Part shown: one piece after another, positions 41,306-53,149 of the stretch
How the letters are laid out: the number at the start of each line of letters is the position of its first letter
Position numbering within the stretch: position 1 is the first letter of the stretch
From: the human T2T-CHM13v2.0 reference genome, Homo sapiens
NCBI RefSeq assembly: GCF_009914755.1
Contig: NC_060942.1
Direction: 5' to 3' (one strand)
DNA: 64,000 nucleotides
Translations under genes and position numbers: made by a program
The notes under the pieces: generated by a model
What the model was told of the DNA's origin: nothing
What the model saw: only the letters and a program-made list of their open reading frames with translations
Databases searched by the model: none

Positions 41306-42254
41306 ACATAAAACAAGACTCATCATCTCAGTGAGTCTATATCAGGGCATTTGGAGGTCTCGTCTTTCATGTGGTCTCTAATTATCTCTTCAATCTGAAA
41401 GGTGGAGGATTAAAGACATTTCCACCCAGAAGTTGAAATAGCTATGACTTGGACAGCAAGCAAATGTACACACCACTGTAAGAGTATGGGTTGTATGTGC
41501 CAAGGTTACACATGGAGTCTTTAAAAATATATATAAAAGCTCTCTTGGCTCCATATCTGGGGGATTTTGTTAAAGATCTCACCTGTAAATATTAGAACCC
41601 CATCATTTAAAGAAGCAATAAAAGAAAAATATAAGGAATCAAGACCAGGCTTGCTTGGAGTTATGTACAAAGTTATTATTAGTCATCCTTGTTGCTCTTT
41701 AAGAAGGGAGCCTAAAATTAAGACTGGAGGTGTCAGTGATTTCAGGTTTAACCTTTAAAATTTCATGAGGCTGAGAGGATTTAGCAAAAGGACACAGTTC
41801 AGCTAGGATGGCAATTTTGAGTATATAACTTGCTTCTTAGGCTGGTGGGAAACCACCCCCGCGGTCTCTACACTACCCGTCCACTGCCACCCCCACCCCA
41901 ATGCCTTGGCCATTTGAACTAATGCCTTTTGAATTGGAAGATTGTTTACTGTTAGCTAGGGTGTGGATTTGACTTCAGCCTCACTGGAATGGGGAACTCA
42001 TGTAGCAGTCTGAGTGGCCATCTGTCCAAATTCCTGTTTGTAAGCCAATAACAGATCCATAGTACAAGACTATCTCTTTGTCCTCCCCTCTGACCTTCTG
42101 ATTATTAATAGGAATTCTTCCACAAAGTGTAAACAAGCTCTTAGAGGTGTGTATTTTCAGGGGACAGAGGAGATGGTGTCCCTCCATCTTTTCTCCAGCC
42201 TTGGGGTGAGAGGGATGCTTTAGGGTGCTGGCAGGGTAGGGCCAAAGGGAAAAT

Positions 42255-42410
42255 GACATTCATTTCATAGGTGGTAAAATGAGACCTGCATAGGTAAATG
42301 ATCCCATGACAGATCCCATATTGAGTTGTTGCAGAACCAGGACTATGACAGAGGTTTGTTTGTTTGTTTGTTTGTTTCCCTCCAAGTCCAATGCTGTTTT
42401 GTATGACAGT
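42255..42410 (-). mobile_element. MIR fragment
   Basis: catttcataggtggtaaaatgagacc...ggtaaatga...gcagaaccaggact...tccaagtccaatgct. Confidence 0.55.
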
Positions 42411-45400
42411 GTTTCACTTATCCTTGGAAAGAGTAGCAACCTATTGGTTCCATTTTACCTACCTTATTTTCCAATTTCCAGATTTCCTTCTGTGGTCCCA
42501 ATGGATTTGTGGTCTCCTTCATGGTTGGTCATTTCAGAGCCTTTTGCTTGGTAGAAGCCCTCCTTAGACCCCTTTCCTTTTCTCTGTCTTGACCCCTGAC
42601 ATATCTTACAATTCTTCCTGCCTGTTTCAGAGTCCCCAGTACCCAGTATGGCTGGATATTAGAAACTTTCTTTGGGTTGCATACATACAGTTAGATTTTT
42701 TGTTTCTGATTCTCCACTGGGTAAGTCACTTTATCTTTCTGTGCCTCAGTTGCCATTTACAATGGAGAGTGTGGGGCTAGTTCATCTCAAGCAGCCCCCT
42801 GCACACATATGATTAGATGTTTGCCTCGGCTTGCTGGAACAATTTTCCTTACCCGTAGGCTGTTCTGAACTTTTTTATGGGTTGAAAGGTTGTGGTGGGC
42901 CTGAGTTCAACTTCCATTCTAGAGCCAAAGTAAGAAGTGAGTAACACTTTACGAAATAAAGAGGGAGAAAAAGATTCATTTCCTACATTGCAAATAGAAA
43001 TGAGGGCAGATTGAAAAGAGGAGAGGTGAAGTAGGAGGCTTACTTAAAAAAAGGATGGTACCTTTGAGGGTAAATTTGAAAATGGGTCATTTGTTCTCGC
43101 CAAAGCCATCTTCACTCTGTCTCTCTACCTACCTACCTAGCTACCTATGCATCAATCCATCTGTCCATTCATGTGCCAGCATCCTTTGCTTTGGCCCATA
43201 AGAAAGGAGATAATCTGGGAAGAGCAAATGACTTGGAGTATCCCCAGGGCCACCAGTCTTCAGCTTGTCCAGCTGCATAAGATCCTTCTGGCCAGATGTT
43301 CAGCATGACCCACACCCTGCCTTTTGTGTCAGTGTCCCCCTTCCCAGATGCAAGCATCTGGGTTCAGCCAGAGCAATTGGTGCGGGTATGTGAGGCCCCA
43401 CTCTATCCAAATGGAGTATGCATTTTTGATAAAGGGCCAGCAGAGGGGACATGACGTTTGTTCCTGGGGCAGGAGGACAGAGGGGAAAAAAATGGAGTCA
43501 CCTCCTCCCCTCCTGTGTGAAGGTTTAGAAGCTATAGAAGTTTGCAGGGAGAAGGGCAGCTGTTTGGAGGGACAGCCTTAGGCTCACAGAGGTCACAAGG
43601 GAATGCTAGTGGCAGCTGTACCATGGATAGTTTTGGGTGGGAGACGCAAAGAGAGAATCCCATTCAGAGAACAGAGTTTGAAAAAGACAAGGGAGCAGAA
43701 TGCCGCTGCTTAGGAAGCTGAAGGGATTTCTACTCTCACCTCCTTAGGACCCCACAGCATCCTTCATCTCCCTTCAATTCTCCTTGTTCTCCAACCCTGC
43801 CCTCAAGCTCAGAGAGAGAGAGAGAAAATAAGAAAGCAACCTGAATTTATGCCAAGAGAGAAACTGCAGCTCCTCAACAAATGGAAGGCAGGGTCATCCT
43901 CCTAATATTTTGAATGTGGACTGTTCCAGAGAGCAGCAAGACATGTCAGGAATGAGATTGGTTTGAGCAGGGCCCCAGGAACACTGCCGGGCTCCACCAG
44001 GGAGATGAAAGAATTTTCTCCTTCCTTTGCCTTTTAAATGTAATTCTGTCTGCCCTCTGCACCCCGCACCCTCTCGACCCTCTAGCTGGGAGCGGTGCGG
44101 ACATTTAGCCATCCTGGGAAAAGACAGGATCCTTTTCATTAACTCCAGCCTGATTGGAGTCCCTAGGGCCATGGCGAATTTCATTTTACTCCCTCTCTGC
44201 CTCCCTGTCTTGGATCCCCCTCAACCCTAGACACAGCAAGGCTACCATGAGCAGTGAACTGTTTCCCAATGGGATGGAGTGGAGATAGGGTTCAAGCAGG
44301 AGAGGCAGTAGAGAAGGGTCTAGGATGTGCGCTTTTCAAGGCAGTGGCTTTGAGGAGGGACATGTGTACTTCCTCCCCATGCCTCAATTTCCCCTGGATT
44401 TCTGAGCAAATCTATCCCAGCTTTAGGGTAGAAATCAGCAGCCAGTTATGTCTGGTTGTCAGCGCTGGATTGGACAGATATAATCTCGAGTGGAGATTTC
44501 TGCAGAGGTGCTCAGGGTTAGCAGACTTAACCAATCCTATTTTTAACTAGCAATGTGATCTTGAAAATGTCACTTATCAGCTTCTTCTGCAAAATAAGGA
44601 CTTAGTCTGGAGTTTTAAGGTATGTTTTAGTACCAAACATTGGTTTTCAACTGAAGTCGCATACAAGAACCAGGGAAAAGCAGAGCCACTCTGAGTGAAG
44701 GTAGAGAGACAGGCACAGTGCACGCCCTTTGTCTACACATTTTCTCACCCCAGTTTCCCAGCAGAGGTGGCTCCTGAGCCCACTGGGGACACAATGATTT
44801 TCTCCTCTTCTCCAGGGACCTCCAACTGCCTCCCTCAGGCCCTGACACTAAGAATGGAACTCTTTTGCGATATCCTGATGTAGGTGGTCTGTGATCTTTT
44901 CCTTTATTTCTGATCCACACCTGAGCACCATATATTAGTGCCTGAGGTTCAGCTGTTTCTCCATCCCTTGGTGTGTAATTTGTAGACTTATGGGAAATAA
45001 TCTGCTTTGAAAAGGGGAGTGCTCAAGATGCAGGGTTTATGTTTGGCCCAACAGCCCATGCATTTGGTTAGAGCGTGGTTAGAACCCAGAAAGGCCAGGA
45101 AGGCAGAAGGCCAGAAAAGCCAGAAAGGCAAGGGGTTGTGACGTAATGGTGAGGAAAGACACACTGTTGTACATACCGTTTTTTCAGGACGCATTGTGAG
45201 ATGTCACAAGCCTTGCCTTTGGTTGTTTCCCAGGTCAGATAACACCTTCAATGCATGCTAGTTTGTGAGTTAAACATTCCAAATCTCCCAAATAAAGGAA
45301 TCCAGATAGAAGTTATTTGAGTTCCATCCCTGACATTATATCCCTGTATCCTCCCACACATCATCAGATGCACTAACACATCTGAACTGGGATGGGCCCA

Positions 45401-46384
45401 TTTAACATTTTACTGTTTCAACCAGTGCAAGGGGTGAGACCACTATCTCTCCCTGGTGATGGATTTATTCACCATTCAGCTTCTTTCCCTTTTATATTGT
45501 TCTTCCTTAAATTTAACCTCCAATTTCTACACTGAAACACCACCCAATATTCTTCTAGTAAAACCTGTAGTGGCTGGAGAAGAGCTTGTCCCCAGTGCCT
45601 GAGTTGATTAATTCATTCAAATATTTGAGTGCCTCCTTCACACAGGAAACATGCTAGGCGCTGAGTGCTGTTTCCTTTTGTTGGCTTGGAAGATATCTTA
45701 AGCCTGCCTCTCACACTTCTGTTCTCTAGGCTCAGCAATTTAGGTATTCTGGTCCTCACCTCTGGGCTGACAATATTTCCATTTTCCTTTTAAGTCATTT
45801 GACAAACAGGTTATTTAGTGATAATTTTATGTCCAGACTCTTCTCAACACATTGAGATATGCAAAATTTACATAAGATAGAAGCCATCGTCTTTTTAGAC
45901 AGGGTCTTGTTGGGCATGTTCTTGTTAGGTGAAAAATAGACGAGTAAAAATACACACAACAGCACGAAACAAAACTAGGAAGATATCTACCTTCTGCACG
46001 CCCAGGGTCTGGAGAATTTGAGCACTGGTTCCAATATACTAACACATGTTGGTGGGCGTGTTCCTGCACAGGTCACTCTCATGCCCGTACCTCATCCCAG
46101 CCTTTTATTTTCCGTCCTTTCCAGCTCCATACGAATCTTATGCCCAGCTCAAGCTAGAGGTAAAGGTTTACTGATAAATTCAGATGGATAAATGGTCATT
46201 ATCAATTAAATACAAGCATTTCTGCGAGGAAGAGTTAGTTAAGGGTTGTTCACCAGGATACATGCTTTATGTTACTTTCTGTGGCTCATTTGACTAATAT
46301 TCTGGCACTCAGCTTTTTTCCCGTGCCATATCTCCTCAACAAATGGTCTCCAGTGTGCTATAATTCAGACGCATTTTATTATAG

Positions 46385-46600
46385 AGGAAAAAGCATGAGC
46401 TTTGGGAAAATATAGTTGGGGATTTAAATCCCAAATACATGTACTAGCTGTGAAACCTAGAAAATGTTACTTAGCTTTCGTAAGTCTCAATTTTCCCATC
46501 AGTAAAGAGGAGATACTTTCTGTCTCATGAAGGAGTTGTGAATATTAAAAATGAAAAATTACATAAAGCAGCACCCAGTATGCCAGCCACCCAGGTGATC
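46385..46600 (+). mobile_element. MIR
   Basis: aaagcatgagcttt...tttaaatccca...tactagctgtgaaacct...gttacttagc...agtctcaattttcccatcagtaaa. Confidence 0.75.
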
Positions 46601-47625
46601 CTCACCGTATCCTAATTCCCTACCTTTCTCCTTAAGGTCGGCTGTGGCTGGCACTTAACAGATGCAAATGGAGGTGTGTTAGGATTGGCCATTTCCTTTT
46701 TCACATCTTTGCTCTTGCACCTGCTCCCACCTGAAGTGCGTTGCCCTGCCACCTTTCCATGTGAAATCAAGGCCAAATGCAAGCTCCATCTTATTTCAAC
46801 AAGCCCACCCTGACTGCTCTTGCTTCATTTCCCCAGTTTGATGCTCACACTTGACTGCACTCTGCTCCCACTGATGTACACATGTCTGCATGTCTGATTC
46901 TTTCACCAAACTTTAGGTTCCTTTAAGGCAGGGACAAAGTCTATCATTACATTTCACCCTTAGTTCCTAGTAAGTGGCCTAATGTGTTGTGGCTTGGCTG
47001 TTTAATTATCATCAGAGGGGTCAAACCAGCTCTCCACCAGGGTGGTGCTGCCTGCCCCCAAGACACCTTCCACATGGGGGGATCTAGCCTGCAGGATGGG
47101 GAATGGGGGGGTGGGGAACAGTGCAGGTTTTACCTTCTCCACCTCTCTTCTGCTGGATCCTAGCTTCAACATCACTTAAGCACCATTTTTGGCAGTCATT
47201 TAAGGAAGCTAAAAATTCCAGTTGAGCTTTTCTGAAGGCTGGAGGCCCTGGGGCTCAGCATGATTTCTTCTCTTTCTTGACCCAAACAAAACATTGTTAC
47301 AGCAAACATGAAGTCTTTCCTATTTTTCACAAATGCTCTCCAGGCCTAACAAAGCTAGCAGTCACCCTCCTTGAATCAAAATAAGCATCTGCCTTTTCCT
47401 CTTTATCTCACACTTTCCCAGCATTTATTATAAGAATGTGATTATTTTGCTAGTTAATCATACATTTTTATTTAATGTTTTCTTGTGCAAAACCCTGGAA
47501 AGGATGCAAAAATATTTAAAACCGTAACTTTAGTCTTTAATATTGATTAAACACAGAGGTGCAGAAAGTACATATAACTGACTTTTATTCTTTTATGTTG
47601 TATATGATTGTTTGAAGTATAAATG

Positions 47626-47670
47626 ATAAAATCCTAATAGTGTATAAAATCCTAAATAGTGTATAAAATC
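47626..47670. repeat. 18-19-bp tandem repeat, about 2.4 copies
   Basis: ataaaatcctaatagtgt ataaaatcctaaatagtgt ataaaatc. Confidence 0.85.
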
Positions 47671-47781
47671 ATAGGCAACATATGAAAAAGGGAAACTGAG
47701 TCACATGTAGCTGTAAAGAGGAGAGGGTCATTTTTACTGAGCTGATTTTTTTTTTGTTTGTTTAAAAAAGAAAGAAAAAAT

Positions 47782-48032
47782 GGTCGGGTGCAGTGGCTCA
47801 CACCTGTAATCCCAGCACTTTGGGAGGCCAAGGCAGGCGTATCACCTGATGTCAGGAGTTCGAGACCAGTCTGACCAACATGGAGAGACCTCGTCTCTAC
47901 TAAAAATACAAAAATTAGCCGGGCATGGTGGCAGGCATCTGTAATCCCAGCTACTTGGGAGGCTGAGGCAGGAGAATTGCTTGAACCTGGGAGACGGAGG
48001 TTGTGGTTAGCCAAGATCATGCCACTGTACTC

Positions 48033-48036
<4 letters not shown>
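47782..48036 (+). mobile_element. Alu (AluSp/Sq-like) lacking its 3' end
   Basis: ggtcgggtgcagtggctcacacctgtaatcccagc...ctgaccaacatggag...gccactgtactccagc, then an abrupt switch to (GA)n. Confidence 0.97.
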
Positions 48037-48072
<36 letters not shown>

Positions 48073-48140
48073 GGAAGGAAGGGAGGAAGGAAGGAAGGAA
48101 GGAAGGAAGGAAGGAAGGAAGGAAGGAAGGAAGGAAGGAA
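48037..48140 (+). repeat. Compound (GA)16 and (GGAA)n microsatellite
   Basis: (GA)n at 48037-48068; 14 consecutive GGAA at 48085-48140, plus two more at 48073-48080. Confidence 0.97.
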
Positions 48141-48177
48141 AAGCCCTCTTAGAGGAGATGGACCTTTGTCTCTGAAG

Positions 48178-48344
48178 CAGTAATTCTTGTATCACAGACC
48201 ACTTTGATAGCAGGAAGAAAGCCAGGGCCCATCTCTCTAAGGAAATATATACATCTATAGATTCACACATACTTACAATTTCAGGGAGCCATGGACCTGA
48301 TGAAGGCCATCCATAGCCCATGGTTCCTAATTTAAGACCCTCTG
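48178..48344. mobile_element. MER117-like hAT-Charlie element
   Basis: tcacagaccactttga...tacaatttcaggg...catggacc...catccat...ttaagaccctctg. Confidence 0.55.
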
Positions 48345-48596
48345 AAGAACTGATAGCACATAGAAATAGTTTAGAGAGAGCAGCAAGAGAGAAGTGATGA
48401 AGTCAGAGATGGAGCACAAAGTGGGAAGGCCATTGAGCCTAGATTCCCAGTCCAGAAATCTCACATTTGCCTTCTGCGATCCCACTTCTGTAGCTCTCAT
48501 CCAGGCTATGGTAAGTCCATTGCTGGTCAGTTGTCGTGGGGATACTGTATGCAAACTGAAAAGTGTCACTGAGAAAATTTCTTTATTCTTTTGCAG

Positions 48597-48650
48597 CTCC
48601 TCACAGCCAGTGACCTTGCAGCCAGTGACCTCAAAGGATTTCAGCCACAG
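48597..48650 (+). other. Candidate 54-nt internal exon
   Basis: Acceptor tttctttattcttttgcag and consensus donor CAG|GTAAGT; no transcript evidence available. Confidence 0.3.
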
Positions 48651-51047
48651 GTAAGTTCCACTGATGCTTTTAAGAAGTTTGGAAGAGTAAAATGATCCAG
48701 AGTTTGGTTGTCAACAAGCACCTTTGGGGCCAGGACAGAAACCCGAACCTTGGATTTCTAGCTTCTTTCCCTAGCTAACTGACAATGACCTGGTGGCTTG
48801 CTCTCCTCCTCCAGCTCCTCTCATTCTAGCATGGACAAAACCACCTCTTTCTGCTCTTTCGTTCCTAATATTCTATAGGAGAAAAATATATAGAGATCAA
48901 GATGCTCGGAATGTTAAGTGTTGGGGATTCAGCTTAGGAAAGGGTTAAACCAATGGCGGCAGAGGGTGGGTTGGGTTTGGGGTTCTCCCCTGCATTTCTC
49001 TCTTTTTGGACAGGACACTCGCATGTCTGTAATCTTTGCGGCAAATGCCTCCTAGTCAAGGCCTGATAGCCAAGTTAATCTCAGACTCCTGCAGAGGCAG
49101 ACAGTTGAGGTTTGCTGATCTTGGTCAGGAAATGGGCCACTGTTATCTCTGGCCAGAGTGGTGTTTGGAGGTTACTATGGGCAAACTGTGTGAGGATGTA
49201 GGCAAGGGCTTTCTGGAGACTTTTTTGCAGGGGTGAAAATGGACATCATCCTGCCTGTCTCTGGAAAAGGAGTCCACACAAAGACACATACACACAAATC
49301 TCAGCTATACAAAAGCCCTTGTGTGCTCACATAGAGCCTGGTGTAGTTAGAACATGTACATAAAGAAAGATCAATCCAAAGGTGATCATTAAGGGACTTG
49401 GCCCCTGCCGCTGTCCCCCTTGCAAAATGAAACTTTCTGTCACCCTTCAACTCAGTGCCTGCCTCAAGGTCTCACAGTGCTGTACCTTTGTGGGAAAATA
49501 AATTATAGCTAACGGCAGCGAACTTCCAGGGGTCGAGCAAATATGTTTCTAATTGCAGGAATTTCATGTATTTGGGCACGTTTTCTTCTTTAAAGGTGTT
49601 TCACATCCAGGAGCCCACTGCACCCTCCCTACCCTTCTCCCATGTGAGCCACATCCTGTGCGCACCCTCTCACTGCTGAGGAACCTGAGGACCCAGTCCT
49701 GATGCACAGTGGCCCCAGATCACACAGAGAGCTAGGAACAGGTGACAGTGGGAGGCTAGAGGAAGAGAATTAACAGAATCAAGGGCCCTGTTGGTGAGAA
49801 TCAAAGATAGATTCGCACACCAGTGTGGGGTGTTGTCATCTCACCTTGTTAATCCTCCTGTCTGGAAAGTAGTGAGTTTTTAGACAGAGATGGCCAGTAA
49901 GCCTTTTTTGTCAACCATTGAAAACCTTTAATTAATTACTTTTTCACATATTTACACAAACTTCCAGTTGGGCTAAGGGAATGTGAAACAAAAACAAAAG
50001 AAAATCAACATTTACCGCCTACCCCACCCACCTCCACACCTACACTCATACATGGTGGCAATTCCAGGTAAATATTTTGTTTTAATCTGAAAATTTATAA
50101 CATTAAAGGAAATTGTGTGGTGCTGTTTTACTGCTTGAAAAGGACACCCGGTAGAGACTGAGTTTATTGGAGTTGTGTGTGTGCGCGTGGTTTTGGCATG
50201 GTTTCCTTCGGAGCTGAACACGTTCTCTCCGTGTTTGTTGACCTACACTTTTAGATATTAGATTTAAACTAATAGAGCAAACTTTCCAGTGAAGGAGAAG
50301 TTAGCTATATTTGAGGTTCGTGCATAACATTTGAGGGCATTATCCTAGAAAGGCAGCTTCCAGCCTCCCCCACAACCAGCCCCACAGCTTCCAGTGCAGA
50401 TGGCTCGCTCCTCTGGTTCTGTTCAGCCCTTCCATGTTATTCCATTTGCGTGTCATCACCCTGAGGCAAGAAACATAAATGCCTATTTTTCACTCCTCAG
50501 GATGCCTGTTCTTGAGGCCAGGAAGTCCTGGGAAACTGGTGGCCAGGGTGTAATGCCCAGATCAAAGTTAATTCTCTAGTGAAAGGCCCAGATGTGTCTC
50601 GGGTCAACAGCATCCTTTTGGGTGCTTTTTAAAACAGAAATAGAAAGCTGTCCACAGGCATTGCACTGCCCCCTCCAGCCCCACTGCACCAAACTGCTGG
50701 CTTCTGTTGTTATTTTTCCCCTTCTCTCTTTGGGTTTCAGATGAAACTGAGTCCCACACAATAATGCATGGGTGTGTTCCCCTCCAAGACCCATCATTGA
50801 CTGTCAGGAGGGGACTCACTGAGGACCCCTCCCAGGGATAACTATCTGTCCTCTCAGCTTTTGCATGGTGCCCACTTACCACTTGAATGTAGAGGTTTTC
50901 TGTTTGTTTTTCTTGATGCCTGTTCCTGCTTTAGACTCTTAAGGAAGATAGTTACAAAATCTTTGATGATTTTGAAAGTGTGTAGAGTAGTGACTGTATT
51001 GAGCTGGCTTTTCTGTTGATTTGTCTCTGTCTTCTCTCTGCTTCCAG

Positions 51048-51062
51048 ATAGAGAAGAGGAAG
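51048..51062 (+). other. Candidate 15-nt microexon ATAGAGAAGAGGAAG
   Basis: Long AG-free pyrimidine tract ending ctctgcttccag, purine-rich exon, donor AAG|GTAAGG, length divisible by 3. Confidence 0.45.
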
Positions 51063-51604
51063 GTAAGGAAGTGATTACCTACCTTTCTCCCCATGGTTAT
51101 TGGTTACTAAAAATGCGATGTTCATTCCTGGAAATAAACACATGACTTTTCAGGTTGAGCCTGAAAGCCCGTGTTTTCTAGGGTATTGTGTTTTAGCAGG
51201 TGGTGATCTCCCCAGAGGCTGGTGAGCCTGGCCTCCGGGCCACAGGGTAGAGCTTCTTCTAGAGTCAGGCCTGGTGCTGGTAGGCGGTACTATTCTCAGC
51301 AAGTTTTAAAGGCACAGATGGAAAAGCTTCTGAAATTCACACCTAACCCACCCTGACTCTTCTACCTCCAAACACATCTCCTTTTACCTTCTAACATCCT
51401 GTTCTTGCCTTTTGAAGCAACAGACACACTTGAGTACCCTCCTTTCTAAGTCTTTGGGTTACTGGAAATGAGAACCCTCACTTCTTTTGTCTGTCTGGTC
51501 CCCTGCATTCCTAAGAGGAATAAGAGCTGACATCTAATTTTCTTTAGTAAAAGCCCAAAAACCATATGCTTTCCTCTGCATTTTTCTTTTATGCTTTTTT
51601 CCCT

Positions 51605-51810
51605 CTAATATAAAAGTTGTAAGTGTCCATTGTAGAAATTTGGAATATACAGAAAACCATCAGAAAGAAAATACCCTATCATTTCACCTCAGAATCATAC
51701 ACAATGACATTTTGGGGTATAGTCTTCCGATCTTTGTTCTACATAGACACACACATCTGTTTTTTTTTAATGGTAATATTTTATATGCTTTTTTGTTACC
51801 TTATTTTTTG
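51605..51810 (-). mobile_element. L1ME-type LINE-1 3' UTR fragment
   Basis: cattgtagaaatttggaatatacagaaaa...acattttggggtatagtcttcc. Confidence 0.7.
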
Positions 51811-52619
51811 TTGGTTTGCATGCTTTCCACAACACTGGAAAATCCAGCAGCTAGCCATGCTTGCACTAGTTGTTAGTACCATCATTCATTTACTACCCCC
51901 TCTTGCTGGACAACCCATTCCTTTTGCAGGCTGAGATCTCCAGGAGCAATCCAAGGCAAACGCTGGCATCCAGTGCCTTCATCCAGGATGCAAAGAGCAT
52001 TCAAGGCTTCTTGGCATTTATTTATTTACTTTTATTTCTCAGTTCCTACAAGAATGTGCAGGCTGCTTAAACTTTGCAGTAAAGTGCCTGTGGGTGATGC
52101 CCACGTGCTTGTGCACATGCTTACGAGGTGGGGGAATGTGGTAAGGAAATAGCCATAGCATGGGCACCATATTCAGACTCAGGTCCTGCATGCCCAGCCA
52201 CAGTGGTGGAACAGTGATGTGACAACGAACGTCCACCACAGAGGAAAGCACAGACTAAAGGATTTGGTCCTCACCTGCTACATAAACCCTCTGTTGTCTC
52301 AGAGAATAGGATACTTCCTTTAGGCAAAATGGAGTATTATTTCAAGTGTGGGGCAAGTGTAATGGCCACCTATGAAGGGTGGCTGTTTTTAATGAGTTTC
52401 TAAAATGTCAATTGCTACTATGGTCAAGGGCATGCTGTGGTGGAAGATAAGAAGAGAGTAAACAAGAACACATAGGAAAACATGTTTTAGTGCAGAGAAA
52501 ACAGAACTTTCACTCACTTAGTTGCCATTTCATTCAACAGGCATCCATGGAAGACCTTTCTGTAGGGCTCCCAGCTATACACAGACCCTTCCCCAGATGT
52601 TGACAATTCTGAAATGTTC

Positions 52620-52790
52620 TGCCACCAATATTAGCTTTGTGACCCTGACGAAGTTACCTAATGTCTTTGATCTTGATTTACCTTATTAAGCAAAGGAGTT
52701 GTGCAGCTTATTTCACAGAGAGTATGGGCATTGATGAGACAATGCATGTGAAAGTAGCATTGTATGCCTGAAATGCACAGTGAGGTATTG
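52620..52790 (+). mobile_element. MIR
   Basis: ctgccaccaatattagctttgtgaccctgacgaagttacctaa...tgagacaatgcatgtgaaag. Confidence 0.7.
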
Positions 52791-53149
52791 TTTCTTCCAT
52801 TAGAGAAGTGCAGAATAAATTAATTGAAAATTCAAATGTAGAAGAAATTATATGTCTATGGAACAAGCAGGGAGGTCGTCCCGGCAGAGGTGGTGTTGTA
52901 CCTGGGCCAGGATGGGTGAGAAAAAAGTGAGGCAGTGGACTTATTCCAGAGCAGGGGAAGCATGGAGGAAGGCTAAGACAACAATGGCGATGCTTAGGTA
53001 CATCTGGAGGCTTGGTGTGGTTTAATTGTGGAGCCTCAGAGGAGAGCATCGTGGGAAATTATTTGCAAATTAAAGTGGGGCCAAATTTCAGGTCTTAAAG
53101 GTCTGGAAAATGAAATAATAGGTTTTTTTAAAGTCTGAAAAATAAATTA

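Noticed and set aside
41262-41306. Direct repeats here and at 39032-39086 and 47626-47670 as a possible CRISPR array
   Set aside because: Only 2-3 copies each, no proper spacers, no cas genes, and the DNA is primate.
47033-47052. CTCF-like ccaccagggtggtgc
   Set aside because: An extra base breaks the register of the core motif.
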